Below the pieces are notes generated by a model. It was not told the DNA's origin and made no database searches. It was given only the letters and a program-made list of their open reading frames with translations. Source: Desulforhopalus sp. (GTDB lineage: Bacteria; Desulfobacterota; Desulfobulbia; Desulfobulbales; Desulfocapsaceae). From it: a stretch of 64,000 nucleotides of DNA. The DNA lies in contig JBLHNA010000014.1 of assembly GCA_047619065.1 (NCBI GenBank), positions 14,863-78,862 of the forward strand, written 5' to 3'. This document shows positions 48,389 through 57,270 of this stretch, in pieces (the first letter of the stretch is position 1; every line of letters starts with the position of its first letter). The position numbers and the translations under genes were made by a program.

Positions 48389-49540
48389 ATGACACTTGCA
48401 GAAAAAATCAAAGCACCTGGCAGCAAGAAAATTCTGGCCCTTGACGGTGGTGGTATTCGCGGAATCATGACTGTTGAAATTCTGGCAGGTATTGAAGCAA
48501 TTTTGCGAAAATCCCTGGACAATCAGGCTCTTGTTCTCGCTGATTATTTCGATTTCATCGCCGGTACAAGTACGGGTGCAATAATCGCTACTTGCCTTTC
48601 CCTTGGCATGAGCAGTTCAGAAGTGAGTGATTTCTACGAGAAAAGCGGCGAAGCGATGTTTGATAAGGCATCGCTGTTAAAGCGCTTCCGTTACAGTTAT
48701 GAAGATAAAAAGCTTGCAGCAAAACTTCGGGAAGTCATTAATGGCGGATCAGACAAGCCAGATATCACTCTTGGTACCGATAGGCTGAAAACTCTGCTGC
48801 TGATGGTAATGCGAAATGCCTCCACAGATTCCCCATGGCCCATTTCAAACAACCCCGGTGCAAAATACAATCAACTTGAAAGAAGAGAGCAATCTACAGG
48901 TGATTGCAATCTCGATATCCCACTCTGGCAACTGGTGCGTGCCAGCACAGCTGCACCTGTGTATTTTCCTCCAGAAGTCGTAAAGGTCGGTGGAAAGGAA
49001 TTTGTCTTTGTCGATGGCGGCATTACCACCTATAACAACCCCGCTTTTCAGGCGTTTCTCATGGCAACGGTTAAACCCTACAACCTTAACTGGTCGACCG
49101 GCGAAGATCAATTTCTGGTCGTTTCAGTCGGCACCGGCACCAGTCCCGATGCCAATGCAGACCTCGATTCTTCAGATATGAACCTGCTTTATAATGCCGG
49201 CTCCATACCTTCGGCGCTCATGTTTGCCGCACTTAACGAACAGGATTTTCTCTGTCGGGTTTTCGGTAAATGTCTGGCAGGAGACAAACTTGATAATGAG
49301 GTTGCTACAATGATCGGGGCGGAGGGAGCAGGTCCGATAAACCCGAAACTCTTTACTTATTTACGCTACAACGCCGAGCTAACAGTAAAGGGACTTACTG
49401 ATCTCGGTCTCCCAGAAATCAACCCCAAAGACGTCCAGAAACTTGATTCAGTGAAACATATGAAGAAACTGCAGCTTATCGGGCAGAAGGTGGTGGAAAA
49501 AAAGATGCACTTAGAGCACTTTGCCGCATTTACCGACTAA
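48389..49540 (+). CDS. Patatin-like phospholipase
   Basis: Oxyanion DGGGIRG (48443-48463), nucleophile elbow GTSTG (48563-48577), catalytic Asp in FVDGG (Asp 49013-49015). Starts 49 nt downstream of the previous gene. Confidence 0.92.
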   Translation: MTLAEKIKAPGSKKILALDGGGIRGIMTVEILAGIEAILRKSLDNQALVLADYFDFIAGTSTGAIIATCLSLGMSSSEVSDFYEKSGEAMFDKASLLKRFRYSYEDKKLAAKLREVINGGSDKPDITLGTDRLKTLLLMVMRNASTDSPWPISNNPGAKYNQLERREQSTGDCNLDIPLWQLVRASTAAPVYFPPEVVKVGGKEFVFVDGGITTYNNPAFQAFLMATVKPYNLNWSTGEDQFLVVSVGTGTSPDANADLDSSDMNLLYNAGSIPSALMFAALNEQDFLCRVFGKCLAGDKLDNEVATMIGAEGAGPINPKLFTYLRYNAELTVKGLTDLGLPEINPKDVQKLDSVKHMKKLQLIGQKVVEKKMHLEHFAAFTD

Positions 49541-49997
49541 CAGGCCGCGTATGATTTTCGGTTGCATATTTTCTACAAGGCCAAGAAAAACTGCATGCGG
49601 TGTAACCATGAAGTGTATCGGGTCTACTGGGTGTTTTCCATTTACTCAATAATAGACCTCGAAATTTTTTTACTCTTAGCCGAGAAACACACTCGTGACC
49701 AAGCACCGTTACAATTATTGCTATACCCGGTGCTTCTACCAGGAAGAATCACCTGAGGAGATTTCAACTATTCTCGAATTTCTAGGTGACTGATACTTTC
49801 TTACTTTACATCGATTGCCTATTGAGCTTGCCAGGACAAACCTCTTTACCAAAAAAAAATCTCCAAAACGTAATAGATCACTGCATTCAGGACGTTCTGC
49901 TTTGCCAAATTCCTAACAATAAAACATGAGTTTGAAAGATAAGACTATCCATGAGAGGTTACAGGATTACACGACATCACGGTCTAAGAGACTAGAA

Positions 49998-50047
49998 TTG
50001 GCAAGGTTAACCATTTAAGCAAACCTGCAATTTAGGACTATTCCTGT
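49998..50047 (-). repeat. Copy B of the dispersed ~50-bp repeat (inverted orientation)
   Basis: The reverse complement reads ACAGGAATAGTCCTAAATTGCAGGTTTGCTTAAATGGTTAACCTTGCCAA. Confidence 0.75.
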
Positions 50048-50469
50048 ATCTGTGAACCTGGGGCTGGATTAAAGAACGGCCTCAGATTTGCTTTATCCTA
50101 CTTGAAAACTGTTGTCAGGTTTGGGATCTGATACCACAACACAATCAACGTCATCCTGTTCAACACTATCACTTGTGAGTATCTTTAAGATGTAATCAAA
50201 ACATGTCCTTTGAAAAACGTCAGATCAAGTCTCGATTTCTACAGATAAAAAGAAATAAATATCACGCCCACGTGCTACCCACAGCAAACGTTAAATATAA
50301 AGGAACATGGATCCCTGTATTCGAGCGATTTTAGAATGCAGAGGTCATTTACGCAAAAGCAGTTCTACTAACCAAGGGTCCTGTACAGTACAATCTCTTT
50401 AAACTTCCACATCACGATATGCATGATCATTATTTTCCATAACAAGCTGTTTTGTTGTCACTTTTTCGA

Positions 50470-51138
50470 TTATGGCTTATCACCAGTCTCTACATTTGAA
50501 GGTATAAGGTTCAATATTGTGTTTAACAACTGAGCTGCATTTTCACATTTGGTAATTGACTCTGGTTGTTTATCAAATTTTGGGGGTAACATCTCGGGAG
50601 TCAATTTCTCTACAAAACCATTATTTTTAACAACGTTACCATCAACACAGCTCAGGCCGTACTTACAGCTGTAACACTGCGAATAGCCCCCTACCAAAAA
50701 CTTCGACATAGTATTCATTTTATTCATAACCATAAAATGTTCCACTATCTTTAATACTTGGCTGTTTTTTTCATCAGAAGAATAACCGGTAGACAGGATA
50801 ACTACAGGTTTGTCTTTTAATAAAAAGGCACTTTGGTGGCGGAAACAGAAACATCGCTCCAACAGGCAATGGGTCAAGCCATTGGGCACGTCATAATAAT
50901 TGGGCACACCAAATAATATTGCATCCGCTTTTACCATTTCCTCCGCGATGTCCTGAAAGTCATCTTTTACAACACATTTATTGTCTTTCAAACAACCCAG
51001 ACAGCTAATACAACCACCTATGTGTTTTCCCGTAAGAGAGATGTATTTTGTTTCCCCTTCACATTCAGAAAGGATCTTTTTAACAGCATTTGCTGTAATT
51101 GCATTTGGTCTTGGACTGCCGGATATTCCTAAAATCAT
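50470..51138 (-). CDS. Flavodoxin-fold NAD(P)H-dependent FMN reductase / iron-sulfur flavoprotein-like
   Basis: MILGISGSPRPNAITANAVKKIL..., GGCISCLGCLKDNKC (Cys cluster), ADAILFGVPNYYDVPNG. Confidence 0.65.
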   Translation of the reverse strand: MILGISGSPRPNAITANAVKKILSECEGETKYISLTGKHIGGCISCLGCLKDNKCVVKDDFQDIAEEMVKADAILFGVPNYYDVPNGLTHCLLERCFCFRHQSAFLLKDKPVVILSTGYSSDEKNSQVLKIVEHFMVMNKMNTMSKFLVGGYSQCYSCKYGLSCVDGNVVKNNGFVEKLTPEMLPPKFDKQPESITKCENAAQLLNTILNLIPSNVETGDKP

Positions 51139-51180
51139 CTTTTATTCTCTTGTCTCTGATATCTTTATAGCTTAAGCCAC

Positions 51181-51864
51181 TTAACCTGCCAATTCCCCCG
51201 GAAATAGAGCCTTTAAAGGCTCGTTCTCCAAACACGACGATAACACCTGTTTGTAAATGTTGATTGGTTGTGCCCCTGTAAATGTATCTGAATTATTAAA
51301 AATCATCGTGGGGACTCCTGAGACGCCCAAACCTTTCCAGTGAGCTTCATGAATTCGAACTTTTTCACGGATTTTCTGATCTGCTAACCTAGCTAAACCT
51401 TCATTCACGTTTAAACCAACAGACTGAAGCTCTTGGGCTAGAATCCGCCTGTCTGAAACATTTTTTCGTTCGCTAAAACACGCTTTAAATAGACGCATTT
51501 TCAGGTCTGTCTGTTTGCCAGATTCTTTTGCAAAATCAAGCAGTATATGTAAATCGCTGGTATTGACCATCTTAAAGCTATCAAAGAAGTCAAAAGTGAA
51601 CCCGACCTCGGCACCGAGGGCGGTCATTTGGGCAAATGTGCCGCGAATGTCCTCCTGATTCATTCCGTATTTTCTCGACATATGGGCATGGGCGTCTTCA
51701 CCTTCCACCGGCATATCTGGATTAAGTTGGAACGGGTGCCATTCAATCTCAACCCTGTCTTGTAACTCCAGCTCAGAGATGGCTTTTGACACACGGTTGT
51801 AGCCAATAATGCACCAGGGGCAAACAACATCTGAAATGATATCGAGTTTAATTTTACTTGTCAT
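51181..51864 (-). CDS. DsbA-family thiol oxidoreductase (FrnE / 2-hydroxychromene-2-carboxylate isomerase-like)
   Basis: ISDVVCPWCIIG (CPxC active site), GVSGVPTMIF; 227 aa. Confidence 0.8.
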   Translation of the reverse strand: MTSKIKLDIISDVVCPWCIIGYNRVSKAISELELQDRVEIEWHPFQLNPDMPVEGEDAHAHMSRKYGMNQEDIRGTFAQMTALGAEVGFTFDFFDSFKMVNTSDLHILLDFAKESGKQTDLKMRLFKACFSERKNVSDRRILAQELQSVGLNVNEGLARLADQKIREKVRIHEAHWKGLGVSGVPTMIFNNSDTFTGAQPINIYKQVLSSCLENEPLKALFPGELAG

Positions 51865-51893
51865 ACGAAAGCCTCAATCTTTTATCGATTTGT

Positions 51894-52025
51894 TTAATTA
51901 TAATTGTGCTGCCTCAACCACTTTCCTAAAAAAATCAGGTCACCCAAGAGTATATTTTTCATTTCAGCAGGGAATTTGGCAATATTTTCTTTATTTAATT
52001 CGGTCAGTTGTTCTTGAAGAGCCAT
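51894..52025 (-). CDS. 43-aa ORF with a strong RBS (possibly a truncated gene start)
   Basis: AAAGGAGAAAAA precedes the ATG at 52025. Translation: MALQEQLTELNKENIAKFPAEMKNILLGDLIFLGKWLRQHNYN*. Below the track cutoff. Confidence 0.3.
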   Translation of the reverse strand: MALQEQLTELNKENIAKFPAEMKNILLGDLIFLGKWLRQHNYN

Positions 52026-52228
52026 TTTTTCTCCTTTAATTTTGATTAAATATATTTCATTGGTAATGATTCCGTTTCACAGCCAAACGGTCTTGAGCGT
52101 TTACTCAAGCTAGATCACAACCCAGCGCCTGTCAATAATTTTTTGAGTAATCACTCAAGCAAATGACCAAAAATATGAGGTTGCGCAGGATAATAGACAT
52201 CAAGAGATGATAAACCTTGCCTGGCTGA

Positions 52229-52369
52229 AGTCAGATCATGGCCATCCGGACCTCATTGCTCATCGACGAGAATGGTCTCGTTGTGTGGGTTGACCAAGTC
52301 GACGATTACAGAATTTTCAGTAACGGAGATTGTGTTTTCCAAGTGATAAAGGGCCTATTCAGCGAATAG
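52229..52369 (+). pseudogene. Possible C-terminal fragment of a redoxin/peroxiredoxin-like gene
   Basis: Translation: ...TSLLIDENGLVVWVDQVDDYRIFSNGDCVFQVIKGLFSE*. It resembles the xFxIDxxGxI...C-terminal strand region of AhpC/TSA-fold proteins. Only 46 codons are open. Confidence 0.3.
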
Positions 52370-52665
52370 GGCGATGACCGGGAAATGCCACTACCACCCT
52401 TATTTTGTATAAGAAGTGTAATGTAAACTGGTTTCCGTTAGGCTTTCAAGCTCTCTTCAACTATAATAAAATCTTTTCCAATCACGAACTCACTTTATAC
52501 TGATTTTTCAGGTTAGATGGTGAGCAGTTTGTATGATGTAAAGTAACACCTAAATTTGCAATGATAAATCATTTTTCTGTACTTTGTGTATGCAAGATTT
52601 AGGTAACACTAATATTTTTTAGAATCGTCCTTGCAAGGAGTACTGACTTGGGCTGAGGGTAAATA

Positions 52666-54015
52666 ATGAAACAATTTGATTATATCTGTATTGGTGGCGG
52701 TAGTGGCGGCATTGCATCAGCTAATCGAGCCGCTATGTATGGACAAAATGTTGCTTTGATCGAAGCAAAACATATGGGTGGCACCTGCGTAAACGTTGGT
52801 TGTGTACCGAAAAAGGCCATGTGGTATGGCGCCCAGGTCGCTGAAACAATTGGAAAATACGCAACTGATTATGGTTTTGATGTCACCTTAAATAAGTTTG
52901 ACTGGAAAACATTAGTTGCTAATCGGCAGGCTTATATTGAGCGGATTCATGCTTCTTATGACAAAGTTCTGGCAGCTAACAAGGTAACTGTGATTAACGG
53001 TTTTGCCGAGTTTCTAGATTCCAACACAGTTGAGGTAAATGGCGTTCAACACACTGCCGAGCATATTCTAATTGCCACAGGTGGACGCCCCACCATTCCA
53101 AATATCCCCGGGGCCGAATTGGGCATTGATTCCAACGGTTTTTTCGAGTTGCAGGAACAACCCAAGCGCGTTGCTGTCGTGGGCGCAGGCTATATAGCTG
53201 TCGAATTAGCAGGTATGCTACACTCCTTAGGGAGTGAAACCCATCTGGTAGTACGGAAACAATCTCCACTGCGTACATTTGACCCTATGCTGGTCGACAC
53301 CCTGATGGAACTGATGGCGAAAGATGGACTGACGCTGCACACTCACTCAATACCGAAGCAAGTAAGCAAACTTAAAGATAACACTATCCGTGTCGATTTT
53401 GAAAACGATCTGAGTCTTGTAGTCGATTGCCTGATTTGGGCAATTGGAAGAGAACCTGCGACTGATAACATCAACCTACAGGTAGCCGGAGTTGAAACCG
53501 ACGGGCGCGGGTACATAAAAGTAGACGAATTCCAAAACACCACGACAAAAGGGATCTATGCCGTGGGAGACAATATTGGCAAGGTTGAACTGACTCCAGT
53601 TGCGGTAAAAGCAGGACGTCAGCTTTCCGAACGACTCTTCAACAATAAGCCGGAAGCCAAGATGGATTATGACATGGTACCAACCGTGGTCTTCAGTCAT
53701 CCTCCTATCGGCACCATCGGTTTGACAGAGCCAGAAGCGGTAGAAAAATATGGTCAGGAGAATATCAAGGTCTACAACTCCAGTTTTGCAGCCATGTATA
53801 CGGCGGTAACAACACACCGGCAGATGACGAGAATGAAGCTGATCTGTGAAGGGCCCAAAGAGCGTGTGATTGGTTTACATGGTATCGGCTATGCCATGGA
53901 TGAAATTCTGCAAGGCTTTGGCGTTGCAATAAAGATGGGTGCCACCAAGGCGGACTTTGATGCCTGTGTTGCCATACACCCGACCAGCGGTGAAGAGTAT
54001 GTGACTATGCGCTAG
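52666..54015 (+). CDS. gor: Glutathione-disulfide reductase
   Basis: [18 protein letters not shown], the redox-active [52 protein letters not shown]. From memory, collinear with E. coli Gor over its full length. Confidence 0.93.
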   Translation: MKQFDYICIGGGSGGIASANRAAMYGQNVALIEAKHMGGTCVNVGCVPKKAMWYGAQVAETIGKYATDYGFDVTLNKFDWKTLVANRQAYIERIHASYDKVLAANKVTVINGFAEFLDSNTVEVNGVQHTAEHILIATGGRPTIPNIPGAELGIDSNGFFELQEQPKRVAVVGAGYIAVELAGMLHSLGSETHLVVRKQSPLRTFDPMLVDTLMELMAKDGLTLHTHSIPKQVSKLKDNTIRVDFENDLSLVVDCLIWAIGREPATDNINLQVAGVETDGRGYIKVDEFQNTTTKGIYAVGDNIGKVELTPVAVKAGRQLSERLFNNKPEAKMDYDMVPTVVFSHPPIGTIGLTEPEAVEKYGQENIKVYNSSFAAMYTAVTTHRQMTRMKLICEGPKERVIGLHGIGYAMDEILQGFGVAIKMGATKADFDACVAIHPTSGEEYVTMR

Positions 54016-54923
54016 AGTTACGATACTAGCTAACACAAAATGATATGTATATTTGAAAAAACATGATTGAATGAATCATCACTTCAAAACAGAAAACATC
54101 CCCACAATAATCACCAAAGGTCAAATAGATACGACAAAAAGCTAAACCTATTAGTTCAAGAAAACTAAACTCATAAAAAGGTTACTCAAAGCATTAGATG
54201 GCGAAGTCAAAAAGTTCGATATACAGGTAGTGTCGGAGGACAATATAGTTTGTCCAGAATGAGCATGTTATTCTATGTTTATGGTAAAAATATTTGTTAT
54301 AATATGACTATTTTTAGCTAAATTTATTGCTACATATTTCCATAGTCCAGGCGTTGATACTTTCGAGATGAAGTCGATGTGTTTGAGGCATAGATCAATC
54401 CGCTCCTGAGTGGTGCGTCTGTTGTGGTATCAATGGTCATGCCTGACAATATATCTGAAAAGAATCTAAAATTATCTTTGATCCCAAGATGCTCCTTTTG
54501 GAACAAGGTTTTTAGGCCTGATCTCGAGCCCAACTGAATTCGAAAAACGGATGGTATTGAGAAAAGTTGTTTAAGAAAAGTGTCAATTTTGGCTTGACCA
54601 CATCATACATTTCCTCGCCTTCGCTGGCAATGTCCATGTTGACTTTCCCCGTAACAAAGTGTCGTCCTTTTCAATATATTTAAGAGGTTCATCTGCTTTA
54701 GCTTTTCGGCCTATCTGCTCGCTATCCTAGGCTTAAATCACTATGTTACACTAAAGCCTCCCAATACTCGCTACTCGGTATCTGGCTAACCTCTCATTCA
54801 ACGAAATTTCTTTTTTATCTATAAGGTGTGACAGAGTAAACTTCTGTCTTATACTCTTGCTAACACACTGGCGAAGGGTGAATACGAGCAAGACAAATTA
54901 CATAACATTAAAGGAGAAGGAAA

Positions 54924-55208
54924 ATGGGAAAGAAATCCAATAAGCAGTTTGAAAAGGCGATGAACAAACTTGATAAGAAGCATGAGAAGCTTGATAAGGA
55001 ATTTGACAAGAAGCATAAGATGGAGGTAAAGGAGCTAGAGAACGCGGCTAAGAAAGAGCAGAAGGAGTGGGATAAGGAGGACAAGAAGTTCAAGAAAGTT
55101 ATGAAGAAGGATGTGAAGAAGACAAAGAAGACGTTGAAGAAACTTGATACTATGAATAAGAAAGAGTTGAAAAAAGAGCTAAAGAAGACGTTGAAGGAGT
55201 TCGTCTAA
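54924..55208 (+). CDS. Extremely Lys/Glu-rich small protein (94 aa)
   Basis: AAAGGAGAAGGAAA RBS. MGKKSNKQFEKAMNKLDKKHEKLDKEFDKKHK...KKELKKELKKTLKEFV, a heptad-like charged pattern. Confidence 0.5.
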   Translation: MGKKSNKQFEKAMNKLDKKHEKLDKEFDKKHKMEVKELENAAKKEQKEWDKEDKKFKKVMKKDVKKTKKTLKKLDTMNKKELKKELKKTLKEFV

Positions 55209-55512
55209 TTATCCCCGCACTCAAGCGCTCCACTCCTAGTGTGTAACTCAAGTTACACACTCCACATTTTTCGTACAAATATGGTACATTATTCTAGAGT
55301 AAAATAAGGTGCTTGCATGTTTTCTGAAGTGCCTTTTTTGTTTATTGACACTTCGGTCAAGATTCAATATAGATATATGGACTTTTTGATCTGCGCGCAA
55401 GCAACGCCCTCCGCACCAAATGAGTCAAACCTTCGTCCCGCATAATCTGGAAGCATCTTTGACCGCAAACTGTTCCATTTCTGGGAAGATTTTCAGGCAG
55501 GAGTATTTATGA

Positions 55513-55550
55513 ACAAGAATAGTCCTAATTTGCAGGTTTGCTTAAATGGT
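55513..55550 (+). repeat. Copy C of the dispersed repeat; truncated after AAATGGT
   Basis: ACAAGAATAGTCCTAATTTGCAGGTTTGCTTAAATGGT, after which similarity to the other copies stops. Confidence 0.7.
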
Positions 55551-55600
55551 AAAGATCCAATAATAGCCTCTACTGTTGCGATAACGTGTGGCCATTTTGA

Positions 55601-55861
55601 AACAGGTCTAACAACACCATCGTCGTTGAGATGGCTAATGATACCGAGTTTGGCTTAGCATCATATTCTTTCGGAAGAGATATTGCCCGCGCATGGCGTG
55701 TCTCTGAGGCGTTGGAATATGGTATGGTCGTTATTAATACAGGAGTTATTTCTAATGAAGTGGCCCCATTTGCTGGAGCGAAGAATTCAGGTCTCGACCG
55801 TGAAGGTTCAAAGTATGGCATTGAGGATTATATGGAGCTGAAGTACCTCAATCTGAGGTAG
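55601..55861 (+). pseudogene. C-terminal ~85-codon fragment of an NAD(P)-dependent aldehyde dehydrogenase (GabD-like)
   Basis: NTIVVEMANDTEFGLASYSFGRDIARAWRVSEALEYGMVVINTGVISNEVAPFAGAKNSGLDREGSKYGIEDYMELKYLNL. In-frame stop at 55598-55600. The catalytic Cys/Glu regions are absent. Confidence 0.75.
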
Positions 55862-55873
55862 TCACTCATCTTA

Positions 55874-57085
55874 TCAAGAATGTGTTGATTTTTCACTTTT
55901 TAATCCGCACGAAACCAGTGCACCTAAAAGAAATAGGACACCCAGAAAAACGTATAAAAACCAGAAAGAATTAAACTGTCCCCCACTCCAGCCTCCCAGA
56001 AAGTTGCCCATTAAAGATGCCAATACCATAACTGTGGTGGCAGATGACAAGGCCATGGCTGCAGATTCAGGGGGGAGTACCTTTGCAATGTATGCGGGTC
56101 CGAGACCGAAAATCGTTGCCTGTGCAACACCGAAGAGAATCGCCATCGTTATAAGTTGAGCAGAGCTGATTGGCAGAGACACCATTATCGCTGAGATAGT
56201 TGCCATTGTGAAAACCAGCAAGTATGACGTTTTAACTCCGAAACGATCGGTAACTCTCCCCATAACCATTCCGCCTATCATTCCACTTATTCCCATTACA
56301 GACCATATCAATGCTGAAGTTTCCAGACCCAGACCCATGTTGTCTCTGAGATAGGGTGCGAGGTACATCTGGAATGGTACAAATGAAAAACCTGTGACTC
56401 CAAAGAGTAAAAGCAGGTTGATCCCGCTTCGGGTTTTACACCATCTGAGTATTGTAGAAACTGACCCTTTCTTTTTGCCCTGATTGTCTCCCTGTTCGTG
56501 CCAGGCGTTTACTACTTTCAAACTCAGCCAGCAACCGATGCCAGTGATGAGGCAAATCGAGGCCACCACCTGCCACAAAGTTCGCCAGTCGAAATATTCT
56601 AGAAAAAATGAGGAGAGGAGGCCGTTAATAAAAACAAAAAAACAAGCGGTTGCCGAGGCGGTGGTGAGAACGGTGGCACGCCAGCTAAGATCGAAATGGT
56701 TTGTAACAACTGAGATCAGTGGGATCCAGACGAGCATGGGCCAGCCGCGAAGAAGAAATATCAACAGCATGAGACTGTAATACCCCTGGATGAAACTTAG
56801 TGAAAGAAGGAGAGTCGCCCCAATAATCTGAGAGCTGACAATTAAACGCAGGGCACCTATACGCTGGGTGAGGCGACTGATGAAAGGGAGTATCAAAAGG
56901 GGTGCTGCTTGACCGAATCCCGTGACGATTCCTGCATCAGTGTAACTCAGATTGAGTTCGGCTAACATTTCCGGCATTACCATTGGGAATAAATACATCC
57001 CGAATCCGTAAGCAATGCCTGTCAGTAAGCAACAAACAATTCCGATTACGATGAGGCGTAGTGTGTTGTTAGGGCTATTTTCCAA
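55874..57085 (-). CDS. MFS transporter
   Basis: 403 aa with ~12 hydrophobic segments and a central cytoplasmic loop (HEQGDNQGKKKGS). Confidence 0.8.
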   Translation of the reverse strand: MENSPNNTLRLIVIGIVCCLLTGIAYGFGMYLFPMVMPEMLAELNLSYTDAGIVTGFGQAAPLLILPFISRLTQRIGALRLIVSSQIIGATLLLSLSFIQGYYSLMLLIFLLRGWPMLVWIPLISVVTNHFDLSWRATVLTTASATACFFVFINGLLSSFFLEYFDWRTLWQVVASICLITGIGCWLSLKVVNAWHEQGDNQGKKKGSVSTILRWCKTRSGINLLLLFGVTGFSFVPFQMYLAPYLRDNMGLGLETSALIWSVMGISGMIGGMVMGRVTDRFGVKTSYLLVFTMATISAIMVSLPISSAQLITMAILFGVAQATIFGLGPAYIAKVLPPESAAMALSSATTVMVLASLMGNFLGGWSGGQFNSFWFLYVFLGVLFLLGALVSCGLKSEKSTHS

Positions 57086-57220
57086 AGTGGGTCATGTTCC
57101 TGGGTAATAAGTAATCTGGCAGTGTTAAAAGACGGGGCCAGTAATAACACTCGAAAACGTATTATGCCAGGGTTGACAGGTAAGTGGTGTTTTCCAAGGC
57201 TGGGTCGAACCAAGAGGTGA

Positions 57221-57270
57221 ACAGGAATAAGGTGGACTTGCAGGTTTGCTTAAATGGTTAACATTGCCAA
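57221..57270 (+). repeat. Copy D of the dispersed ~50-bp repeat
   Basis: ACAGGAATAAGGTGGACTTGCAGGTTTGCTTAAATGGTTAACATTGCCAA. Confidence 0.75.
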
